A stretch of 64,000 nt of DNA from NCBI GenBank assembly GCA_973851085.1, contig OZ316775.1:18910001-18974000 (forward strand), given 5' to 3'. This stretch comes from Ptychomitrium polyphyllum (lineage: Eukaryota). Shown here in pieces: positions 12,393 through 23,930 of this stretch. Position 1 is the stretch's first letter. Each line of letters opens with the position of its first letter. The notes below the pieces were generated by a model. The model saw only the letters and a program-made list of their open reading frames with translations, was not told the origin of the DNA and did no database searches. Position numbers and translations under genes: made by a program.

Positions 12393-14155
12393 CTCATGAA
12401 TGCCTTAGCTCTAATAAATGATAGTCCAAGATTTCTCATATTTGACGTCTTTTCCTTGAGACCACACTTCGTGAGCGCCAATCGATATTTGGATTATATA
12501 ATTCAAACAAAAAAAGGCCCATGACAATAGGATTCGTTTGGCATTGAATGATATTGAAGACAATCTTAGATGCTTGGTGTCCTATAACAACCTCCAAGAA
12601 CTGAATTTCTTCAATATATTGCCAGATGCAAGAGATTGTTCGTTGATAACTTCAACAGGTGTAGGATGTTTTTTATTCACAAACACCATGTAGTATTTTG
12701 TTGCAAAATCCTTATCCATGAAGCATGCCATTATACTAGTGTCCAAAAGAGCGTCATTACCTATTTCATTATCTAAGATTTTAATTTTGATAGAAAACAT
12801 AAAGCAAAAAATAGGAATTGGAGGTAGTAAGAGACCTTGATTTGATGGTCGTTTTCTTGTGGTGTCCAGTTGCATGGTCCCTACTGTGACTTGACAGCCT
12901 TGTTTTTCAACTCCACCATCGTGCTTTGAGCCTTAAAGGTAGATCCTTTGATTTGGCAATTGTGCATTTTATGTCCAAACTTGCCATAATACAAACATAG
13001 GTTTTCACTTTGACGCGTTTATTTTTCTTTGAGAATCAAACGTCTGAACTGGGCAGCATCAATTTGCATAGGTTATGGTCCTTGTGGTCGATTTTCCAAT
13101 ATTCTTGAAGAAGTGGTAGCCATGCTTTGATGTACTGGTTGCCATCCCAAACGTTGTTCTTGGCGCCTTTCAAATAGTCTATTGTCACATGCTTTTGCTT
13201 GAGTGATGAATTCGTCCAATGTTTCAACTCTTGACATTGTGAGTAGCAAGTCCTTTACATTCTCTCTTAAGCCCCATCGGAATCGTGTGACCAAGGCTTT
13301 ATCATTCCAATCAAGGTCGCAAGCTAATTGTCAAAACTTTGCAGCATATGTAGCAGTTGAGCGCTGTCCTTGTTGGAAACTTTAGATCCTTGTTTCAGCC
13401 GCTTTCTCTCGGTTGGTGTCTCCAAAAGTAGATGTCAATGCTTCTATAAAAGCATCTTAGTTGTTCAATAATGGTGACTGCTTCTCCATTAGGGGTGCAA
13501 ACCACAATAGTGCATTGTTTGATAAAAGAGTGGCCACAAATCTCACTTGAGTTGTGCCATCAGGATAGCGAGATTGATGCAAACTAAGGAAGAGTCTTAT
13601 TTGTTGATCAAAGCATTTCAACTTTGATCTTGATCCATCAAACTTGTTTGGTTTGCTAAACTTTGGCTCTGCATGGTTTTGATGTAAGCCTTCGTTTATA
13701 ATGTTGGCCTTTTACAATCAAACAATCTCTTGATATAGACTTTGAATATCGCCATTGGATTTTTTAGTTTGCCGAGTGTGCTGCTCTAAAATGTTCATAG
13801 TGTTGAAGCGAGCAAAGTTTCATTTGAATTGTGTTGAATAACTCTTGAAGGTTTGCAATAATTGCAAACCTATTTTCTCATGTTTCAAGCATGTTATCCA
13901 TTACTTAAGATTGTCAAAGACAAGAAGACTATGATTACCTTCAAAGGAGGTTAATCCACGTCTTTTGAAAGATTGATTCTGCTTCAAAAGAAATAGTGCT
14001 TGGTTTTAGAAGAAGAAACCAATTTATGGTGTTAGCTTAGAGGAGGGTAATCCGCAACTTTTAAGGCACTATGGAATTATAAAAAAGATGGATAATCTAT
14101 TACCTTCTTTGAAGAACCTGAGCTTTGACAAAATTGAAGAGTAGTCTTGCCAAAC

Positions 14156-14642
14156 TTTTAGGGACACAAAAAATAAAAAGTAGAAATAAACTGTTTCCCA
14201 CGAATTAGCATCTAAAGGGTAATGATTAACAAATATTTGATACAAAGACTAAAACAAGGCAGGATTCATTATGACCTACAACTTATATTGGCAAGATTAA
14301 GGGGTACCTTGGTTTGCCTCTTATTTATACTACGACGCTTGTATCTTTTAGAATACTTCTAAAGAAGCTTCTTGTAAGGCTTAAAAATATTCTAGAAGTC
14401 TATGGAACCTTCATAAGAAGCTTCCAAGGAATTGGAACCTTTCTAGGAAGTTTCATAAGATATGGAACCTTCCTAGGAAGTTTTCTGAGGTGGTGGAACT
14501 TTCATAAAAAGTTTCTTAAGAACATGAAAACGGCTATGAAGACATTTGAAAGTATTCTAAGAAGCTACTATAATATATCAGAAGATTCTAAAAGATTCTA
14601 AAAGATTCTAAAGACTATAGTGCATGATTTATGTCCGTGATA
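14156..14642 (-). repeat. 5' LTR of outer element
   Basis: ttttagggacac...atgtccgtgata is homologous to the other three LTRs. The PBS complement tagtcttgccaa lies at 14142-14153. Confidence 0.88.
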
Positions 14643-16108
14643 GATAATGTGAATATTTTGTTGTATAAACTTTTTAATAGTTTCAATTGTAATTTATGTG
14701 TTATTTTATCATTATTTTGTTTGTATTTATGGATTATAAAATTTATGCTTTGATCATAGTTTTTTATTTCTATATTCATACATTGTGATGGTTTAAAGAG
14801 AAATACATTATTAATAATTGCATTGAATCCTGATCTTCTTATTTTGAAATAATGTTTCTAAAAATAAATTGACTGATTTGTCATATTATATGTTTTTCAA
14901 TTTGATTTTTACAAATGCAAATGGTATTTTTATATTTTTATTATTAGCATGTTTCATAATAAGTTTTTTATATGCATTTATATAAAAAAATTAAATGCAT
15001 GCTCTCTTGAGAAATAGGAGAAATTATCAAAGTATAGATGTATATAAAACAATTGTCACTTTTATATAATGGTTTGTATTTACAACCTAATATTTTATTA
15101 AAATCCATATAATGTATAGTTACCATTAAAATTCCATAGAATATTTGGTTGATCTTTGTTAAAAATGAAATTAGCACTTTACCATGAAAAAAGAATCATA
15201 AATTTGAAATAATCAACATACTGCAATAATGAGATTTTTTTCTAGTTGTAATTTTTTAAATTATTGATGACATTTCATTTTCTATTCACTTCTAATAATA
15301 TTCATCCATAAGAAGATGCAAGATAAATAATATAAAAAGAAATTATATCATAAAGTTTTAAATTGTAAAGGTTAATTTTTCTAAAAAATTTGAATTTCAA
15401 ATTTTCCATATGGTAACATTTTGGCCAAGTCAAAATGAGATTTCTGTCATTTATAAATCCATAAGTTTATGGTTTCACCATATTAATCTTTTTCATTATT
15501 TGTTAAATTAAAATATTTATTAATTTGGTCCAAAGATTCCTCGTTTTTCATTCATTTTATCATCAAAATTTTAAAAATAGATAAATAATGTAAAAACATA
15601 TTTCAACGACGTATCTTTAAATAATGAAACAATGTAATAACTTGGTAATTTGAGATAGAAGACAACATCTTTGGATTTATTCCAATAAAACTTGTAAAAA
15701 GAAAACTCAAAAATTATTAAAAAAAATAATCAAAACTATGGGGATAAAAATGATGCTCAAAAATGAGGAAAATCCTTCGAAGACCTTGAACGGTGAAGGG
15801 GTAAACTGGTAATAGACCTGTAAATGGTGAAGGCACCCTCCAGTCCTCCACTCACCCCACAAGCAAACAGCCTCAGCGCAGGAGTCAGACGACTGATGAT
15901 TGGACTGGAGTCAACAGTGCCGAACGTGATGCAGAATAAAAAAATCCTAATAATAGTTCAAACAATAATACCCGCACGAGAAACACTTCCCGGAACGAAA
16001 CCTTCAGGAACGGAAGCGAGACGGTGCGAGCCAAGTTGCTGTTCCTTCGACGAACAGAACGAAGAACACGACGAGGTCGAGGACAGCAACAAGAGACGCA
16101 TACTCATA

Positions 16109-16281
16109 ACCGTCTCTACACCTAAGACCGTTATCATCTGTTGAAACCGTATTACCCGTAGATGATCTATACGTATTTTTCGAAACTAACATTATCTTCG
16201 GAAATTCCTAGTCTCTAGGAAATTAAGGATAGATACTAGATGTTAAATGCTGGTTTTAGGAACGGTGACGGTTTTGGGTGT
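16109..16281. mobile_element. Small foldback/MITE-like element, copy 1
   Basis: Imperfect inverted arms (acacctaagaccgttatc... / ...ggttttaggaacggtgacggttttgggtgt) surround a core atcttcggaaattcctagt that is shared with 21955-22095. Confidence 0.5.
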
Positions 16282-16357
16282 GAATCTGTTCTGAAACCCT
16301 TGATTGAACGAAACCTGACGGACGGGAGGTGGACTTTAAGCGCCGAATTGCTGATGT

Positions 16358-16393
16358 GACGACGACGACGACGACGGCGACGATGATGACGAC
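16358..16393. repeat. (GAC)n-type microsatellite upstream of the TM9SF gene
   Basis: gacgacgacgacgacgacggcgacgatgatgacgac. Confidence 0.8.
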
Positions 16394-16699
16394 AAGAAGG
16401 AAGGAGGCGACGAGATCGTGATTTGGACCGAGAGTGGCGCCCTTGTGCTCGTCTTTGTTGTCTCCGGAACAGCGGAGTGCATTTGTTGCGCGCGGCAGCG
16501 GGAGCATCGAGCGCAGCTCCAGCGCAGCATTTCTGTGGTAGTGGAATGTCGCATTGGACTGCATCGCATGCGGCATTGGATGGAGCGCCATTGAGGAGCA
16601 GCGGGAGGAGGGAAAACACTAGGAGCTAAGGTTTGAAGCAGAGCGCGCTGGGGTTTGGTGTCGATCTGCGGGGCGTTGTGGCGGGAGGAGGTCGTTGCG

Positions 16700-19600
16700 A
16701 TGGATCGGTGGATGGCGATGCTGGTGGCTTTGGTGGCGGTGTGTAGTTTCGGAGGTCTGGAGGTCTATGCGAGTGGCTCGAACCATAAGTACGCGGCTGG
16801 CGATCCCGTGCCGCTGTATGCGAACAAAGTTGGCCCTTTCCATAACCCTAGGTGAGTCGGTAAAGCCCTTAGCGGAGGTAGTTGTCGGTGGCGATGGAAT
16901 TTTGGTGTGATGTCGTTGGTAGTGTTGCTTGTGTTTACTTGCTGGTGTTGAAAGGGAAGAAAGCGGAGGGGCGGTGCACGTTGTTTGACATTTGATTTGA
17001 TTTGATTTCTTTTCTTTCTTTCTTGATTGATCTGTACGTCGATGGTGAGATCGAGTTAGGTCGGTGATAGGACTTTCGTCGGAAAAGTATTTTCTGTGTG
17101 ATGTTTATCAGCTGGCGAACTTTTAGAGAAACGCGCAATCTTTGTTGTACTGTAGGATACAGATCATCTAACACATGTTTCTGTGTAGGATACCTTTTGC
17201 AAATGTAGGTGGTTATTTATTCAACATGGTTATGTTTACAATATGCTAAATTAGGTCTGCTAGAGGTGTTCAAGAGAGTGGACAGGTGTGTAGGAAAGGA
17301 AACGTATTATCGTGCTCGATGCAGTACGCGTGTGCTCTGTTCAGAATAGTTCTGTGAAGTTTTTCTGCAACTTCTAGCCATTAAAAAAACTGTTAGTGGA
17401 GCTGAAATTGCTAGTATTTTCTCATGCAGAATCTTCGAACATTCACTAACGTTGTCGCATTTGTACTGCCGATGCGGTGGTGACTTGAGGAGTCAAGAGT
17501 TATGAAAGAAGCCATTAGTGTCGTGTCGAATAGCCTTGCAATGCTGATTGGGGTTAATTAGCATCATGGCAGTCAAGTCACATGGTTATTTGGGGTTAGG
17601 GACTTCAGCTTTCTGATTCGTTGAAATAATTGCAGTGCAAGTTTCTGCTTATGTGTGCCTTGTTCTAGAGGTTCCTTTTTTAATTTATATGCTGTTGATC
17701 TGGAGGTTACAATTGGCATGGTTTATGTGTGCTTATAGTGTTCGTTAGAGCGCATTTTGATATGTGAATTGTTTGTAACTGCAGTGAAACTTACAAGTAT
17801 TTTGATCTGCCTTTCTGCCATCCCAAAGGTTTATACTTTTTGTCCTCATGCCGTGCTGTTATTGCTAGTTTTGTCCATTTGTGAATTATTTTGACAATTT
17901 GATGTATTTTCTCTTTCCTTTGGATTCTGTTTAGTTTCGAGGTGCCTACAAGCTTACATACGGACCTTTTTTCAATTCTGACTTTTGCAATCATGCAGGT
18001 GAAGTAACTGAAAAGAGGGAGGCTCTTGGCGAGGTGCTCAATGGCGACCGCATGGTGGAGGCGTTATATCAGTTGAAGTTTAAGGATGATAAAGAAATGG
18101 TGACCCTGTGCCAGAAGACCCTTACTAAGGCTGAGATCAAAAAGTTCCGAGATGCTGTGAAGAATGATTTCTATTTCCAGATGTACTATGATGACTTGCC
18201 TATTTGGGGGTTCGTTGGCAAGTCAGAAACATCTGGACAGGACGTCAAGTATTCACTCTTCACTCACGTTCATTTTGACATTCTTTTCAACAAAGACCGG
18301 GTTATTGAGATTAATGTCGGTTATGATTCTATGTTCACAGTGGACATTACTGAAGATAAGGACCAAACAGTAAAATTCACCTATTCTGCCAAATGGAAGG
18401 AAACGGACAAGGCATATGAACAACGTATGGAGAAGTACTCAAGATATTCGTTCTTGCCACAGCACCTTGAGATCCACTGGTTCTCAATCATCAACTCATG
18501 TGTGACTGTCCTTCTCCTGACTGGATTTCTTGCTACCATTTTGATGCGTGTACTCAAGAACGACTTCATTAAGTAAGTAACGTTACCAAATTGTAGATAC
18601 CACTTAAGAGTATGTTTTACTTACGTATCTTTTTTTACTTCGTTTAGTCTTGTTTATGACTAGTAATGGTAGTATACATTAAACCAACGTGATTTGAACC
18701 TCCATTTGAGACAACTAGAGTTCATTGATCTATGTTCTGTGCATGATTTTGATTGGCCAGATATTCCCGGGATGAAGAGGCTGCAGATGAGCAAGAGGAG
18801 ACAGGGTGGAAGTATATTCATGGGGATGTGTTCAGATATCCACCACACAAATCTCTCTTCTGTGCTGTCCTCGGAAGTGGAGCACAGCTTCTTGCCTTGT
18901 GAGGTTCTAAGCTTGTTGGTTCAAATTACTGAATTGAGACAATTGTTATAGTCCTGTCACTTGTTAATGCGCTGGACTTTAAACCTTCAATGCCAAGGTT
19001 TGGTCGTCAATGGATTGTGTCCATTTGTGATTTGATGCTAAACGAGCCCTGAACGGACGGTTGAGGATGTTTGGCGATGTTCTTCTAATGATTTTTAGGA
19101 CGGCTTTAGAGGCTTATGGCATAAGATGCCATCCAGCTTAGAGCTAATGGAAACATATGCTCACATGGAGTTGCATTTTGTACTTGCAGGGCTATCTTCA
19201 TCTTCATGCTTGCTTTGGTTGGAGTTTTCTACCCATACAATCGTGGATCTCTCTACACAGCGCTTGTTGTGATTTATGCACTAACCTCGGGCATCGCTGG
19301 GTACACAGCATCCTCTTTCTACAAACAACTTGAAGGAATTAACTGGGTAAGTCTCTTGTCATACCTGAATTAGTTTGAGGCAAATTTATGAATTTTTTCT
19401 TACAGGTTGTGCAAGCCAGTTCTAGAATTCTGCATTTATCTTTTACATTCCGAATCGCGCTCCCTGCCTTCTCTTTGTTATTTTAGGAAACAGTTTTGAT
19501 ATATATTTACTGAAAAAAAATTCGTTTGGCCCATCTGACGTTGTTTTATTATCTTTCAGGTTAGGAACATTCTTTTGACTGGAGGATTATTTTGTGGGCC

Positions 19601-20420
19601 TCTTTTCCTCACATTTTCGTTCTTGAATACAGTTGCTATCTTTTATAATGCAACCGCAGCCCTTCCATTTGGCACAATCTGTGTTATTGTCCTAATATGG
19701 ACCCTGGTCACCTCTCCTTTGTTGGTTTTGGGTGGGATTGCTGGAAAAAACAGCAAGGCTGAATTTCAAGCCCCTTGCAGGACAACAAAGTTCCCAAGAG
19801 AGATTCCGCCTCTACCTTGGTATCGCTTTACCGTTCCACAAATGGCCATGGCTGGGTTCTTACCATTTAGTGCCATTTATATTGAGCTGTACTATATTTT
19901 TGCCAGTGTGTGGGGCCATAAGGTCTACACCATCTACAGCATTCTCTTCATTGTCTTCATCATACTTATCATCGTGACGGCTTTCATCACTATTGCATTG
20001 ACCTACTTCCAGCTTGCAGTTGAGGACCACGAATGGTGGTGGAGGTAAGAACCAATCAATGCTTCATGTGAGGAATGTTGGTCTATAAAACTAGTTCAAT
20101 TGAGGATACGCATATAGGTTGGTTTTTTGACGATTTGTATTTTCTTCCTTGAGTTTTTTATCATTCTCCTATTATTGATGTGGATTTGCTGCCTCTGCAG
20201 AGCCGTCTTATGTGGAGGATCAACTGGAGTCTTTATTTTTGGATACTGCTTCTATTACTATTATGCTCGATCAGACATGAGTGGCTTCATGCAGACGTCG
20301 TTCTTCTTTGGCTACATGGCCTGCATCTGCTATGGCTTCTTCCTCATGTTGGGCAGCGTTGGATTCCGTGCCTCACACTTGTTTGTTCGCCACATTTACC
20401 AGTCGATCAAATGCGAATGA
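16700..20420 (+). CDS. Transmembrane 9 superfamily / endomembrane protein 70 (EMP70/TMN), 7 exons
   Basis: Exons ~16700-16851, 17785-17828, 17999-18572, 18761-18898, 19190-19346, 19560-20044 and 20201-20420, with GT-AG introns. Signal peptide plus family motifs [56 protein letters not shown] and C-terminal IYQSIKCE. Confidence 0.96.
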
Positions 20421-21954
20421 GATTCTTGCCGTGACATCGATGTAGTCTTAACCTGATGACCAGAGCTTCTGGCCGGTGATATACTTGATGTGTATGATAG
20501 TGGTGCTATGCTAAGGCTTGATTTCATAGAGTTAGAGGTGGAATAGATTCAGCATCATATTTTCTCTGGAGGCTTACACTGGTAACAGAATATGGGGTTG
20601 TCAGTCTTGATTTTTCAGGAACTGCTTCCGATGATACGAAACTCTAGAATTTTCATCAGGAAGGGTTTTAGTTCTCTCTTGCTATTCCAGACTATTTTCC
20701 TTTGTAATCAGGAGCCTCCTCTCCAAGTTGCATCTTATCGCCAAATCTGTTCAATTCAGGCCATCTTGTATTACCACTGTACATGCTGTTTACCTGTCGA
20801 TGTTTTGTCTCCGATTTTCAATACAATACCACTCTTTGAGAATTGTCTGTAATCGTACTAGTCAAATTTCAGCTTTAGTTTTTAGTGGTCTGAATGCTGA
20901 AACCGGATACTGGAAATCCCTTATCGTTCATTCCCGGATTGTCTGCTTTGAAGATCCATGATGCACTCGACATTTTATTTACAGTAACTGCCATGACTGA
21001 GTATGAATGCATAAAATTTTGCATTCAGATACCCGTACCATGAGCATACAGGCAAACTTGAAAGATATTGTACATGAGATAGTGCACATTCCTACAAAAT
21101 CACTAAGCATAAAGGATGCATGGCTTATAATGGTTTATTTTTTTATTGACTTTTTTGGATCAACAATCATACTAGCAACAAAAGGATTTTCCATTGCATC
21201 TGGAATAGCATTATAAAATAATTTTAAAGTTTTTTTTACCATCCAAATGTACACATATCATCCAAAATTGGCAACTACCTCAAAAGAACTAAAAGTATTT
21301 TTGGTGACACAAATATGGAAAATAAAGTATATAAACCCAAATGCTTTAATTTTGAAAAATAAAAAATTGCTAAATTATATGCTAATTTAGAAACATACAA
21401 ATTTCAAAGTTTGTCTAACTATAAATTTGGTAATGCTTGCTTATTTACCATGCTTAAAAAAACCTTCAAACCAATTTAAACTTAACAACTGTGATTTGAT
21501 TTTACATGTAATTGTACATCCTTTTAAGGTCCATAATCACTAACATTGATTGTAGTCACTAATTTATATGTTTCTAATCATTTCATAGGTGCAGTACTAT
21601 GTTTGTACAAGCAGGAAGTCAGTGAGAATCAGAAAGGGATGCCAACACAAAGTTCAAATCAGCTTACGTCGCTTTGAACTTCAAACGCCATCATGAAAGG
21701 GGCGGTAACAATTAGCAGGACTGATAATCAACATATTATTAGTCCACTAGGAAGTGCCCAATCAGACCCCACACAACCACATGTAGAATAGTTTTATAAT
21801 ACTTTTCGGTAACACATCACCTTTTTTCCATCGCCTCAGCCAATACGTCGATGCCACGCGGAAATTTCCCTTGAACATGATCATTTCCCGCGTCACTTGC
21901 TATTCAGACGCAATCGATGCAGCCCCTACAGTGACCTCATTCTCACTGCGGCAC

Positions 21955-22095
21955 GTACACCGAAAGCCGTCGCCGTCCCCAAAGCCGTCTCTGTTCCCAA
22001 AACCGTGGCTGTATTCGTAGACGATATCATCTTCGGAAATCCTAGTGATGTCGCCTTTGGATGCAGCCACGGTTTTAGGGACAGCGACGGACCAG
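21955..22095. mobile_element. Small foldback/MITE-like element, copy 2
   Basis: Three 18-bp units on the left arm. A ~28-bp stem ccgtctctgttcccaaaaccgtggctgt / gcagccacggttttagggacagcgacgg encloses the core atcttcggaaatcctagt. Confidence 0.55.
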
Positions 22096-23930
22096 GCGAG
22101 TGTGCAAGTTATTACTGTACAAGCATGTATAATATTGCGATGGAGCGTTAGGAATGGAGAAGGCATGGTGTCGGAGCTATTTGATGAAATGCATTGACTG
22201 GTGACGAAGCCTAGCATGAATTTACTAGTGTACCGCGTGCAGGTTGAGGGTTTAAGCGTGGTGGATGGTTTCGAATACGCGACTGTAGACGCATCGCAAC
22301 AGTGGAGTGGAGGCTGAGATGGAGATTGTAATGACTTTGAGCAAGCGTGTTGATGGAAGGAGTGAATGGTAAGGAAGTGTGATCCGAGAGCGGCGTTTGC
22401 ACAAGAAGAGATTCGATTAGCTCCGGGGTTTATGGTTTGAGCATGTTGGAGAATTATGAAGATGAGACGGCGGAAGGAGAGCGCGACTCTGGAGGAGGAT
22501 GTATCTTTGTCAGCTCATGTGCGCGCAGCGATGGAGCTGCAACGCTGCCCAGGCTATAAAAAAAATACATGGGCTGCGTCCGTTGGGGGAGCGTAACAGC
22601 GAGGATTGAGGCTATTTGGGCGTTGCTGCAGCAGGGTTGATGCGGGAGACTGTGGAGTGGATGAGTATTTCAGGAATGCGCGGACTTTACCAGCAGGGTG
22701 TGAGGGAAACATGGGAGACAGGAGATTCGGAGATTCGGAGATCAGCTGGAGGGTCACTGGAGGCGACGTCATGCGTGGTGGGGATCCGCGAAGGGCAGGT
22801 GAGTAAAGGGCGCCACTTCAGAGACGGCACGGCATGTCCGCGGTGAGAGTGGCGCGCTTCCGCGAGAACTGGGCCATCGTGGCGAGTTCTACTCTTGCTA
22901 TAGTGAAGGTGTGAGGAATGACGGGCGTCGCCTTCCTGTTTGAGGTTCAAGAGGATCTGCTTTTTCGTCGCCTGAATTGGGATGAAAGGTTGTCGTTTTC
23001 ACCTTCTGTGAGCTGCCTGCGACTTTTTGGTAGTCATGGTGGGGCTGGTGAAGGCGTTCGGGACTAAGTGACGCGATTTAATGGGAGGTTTAGTTTCGAT
23101 TTACGGGACCTTGATCCGTCGTGGTTGCTCGTGCGGGGGAATGTAGGTGCAGCGTGGGGAGCTTTTGAATGATGCTAGTGTCGTTTTGCGAACAAGGTTG
23201 TGCTCTGTCTGCGCTTGCGGTACTCAAGTGTGGAGTCAGGACGATATACCCGGTGCGTGACAATTTGTTCTGCTTCGACTGGTCATCACAAATAGCTTGA
23301 GTTCTCGGGTGAAAGTGTTGCCCTTGGAGCATTGTGGTCTGCAGACGACGACGCAATCTACTCAAGTGTGGCTTTTAGATTGTCACCGCGTATCGGGTTG
23401 GTTCCTTCTTCTCTTGTCAATGGACTTGTCAAGTCGTTCAAAGTAAAGCCAAGCAATAAGGCATAGTTTTGAAGAGAGCCTGAATCATTCATAATTAAAT
23501 TGGACAAAGATGCATTGTTGATGAACTTGCTGAGAATTCACTGAGATTTGCTACACATCACATTCTTACTTTTTTTTATTGTAGGTGCAAGAAAGGCATG
23601 CCTGCAATTAGTCTCACTTTCCCTTCTTCGATCTTCACTGAAGCGATTGTTGATGGTGAGCTGTTATCATCTTCGTTGTTTATTCTCGTGGTTGAATTTT
23701 TTTTGTACAAACAGCTCCTAGCTTTAGTTCGATTTTATATTTCTAGCTCGGACATGTACTCCGGAATTTACGACCTTATACTGTTTCGTGTGCAGGGTTA
23801 TCACCTGTGCGCATTGAGTGTAAGATTTGTGTTAGGAGATGTGACGAATGTGATTGAGGTAACTGCTGGATTGAACTCAATTCTGAAGGCCAGCAGTTTC
23901 TTGATCAGGAGCTAATAGCTATAGCAGCGC

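Larger units (their letters stand above)
1835..14642 (-). mobile_element. Outer (older) Ty3/gypsy chromovirus LTR retrotransposon, degenerate, interrupted by a nested copy at 5916-12392
   Basis: LTRs at 14156-14642 (5') and 1835-2271 (3'). Minus-strand ORF fragments run in gypsy order: gag (13073-13294), protease (12582-12875, ALLDT), RT/RNase H (4475-5025), integrase (3793-4338, PWLSLSMDFI), chromodomain (3006-3287, EYEIEEIL..YLIHWQGY). Many stops and frameshifts. No matching TSD seen. Confidence 0.93.

Noticed and set aside
14643..15760. Very AT-rich tract (a similar one lies at 37230-38500)
   Set aside because: No repeats, termini or credible ORFs. Treated as intergenic or decayed TE DNA.
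15824..16629. Several overlapping ORFs upstream of TM9SF
   Set aside because: Products of GC-rich promoter/UTR sequence and a trinucleotide repeat.
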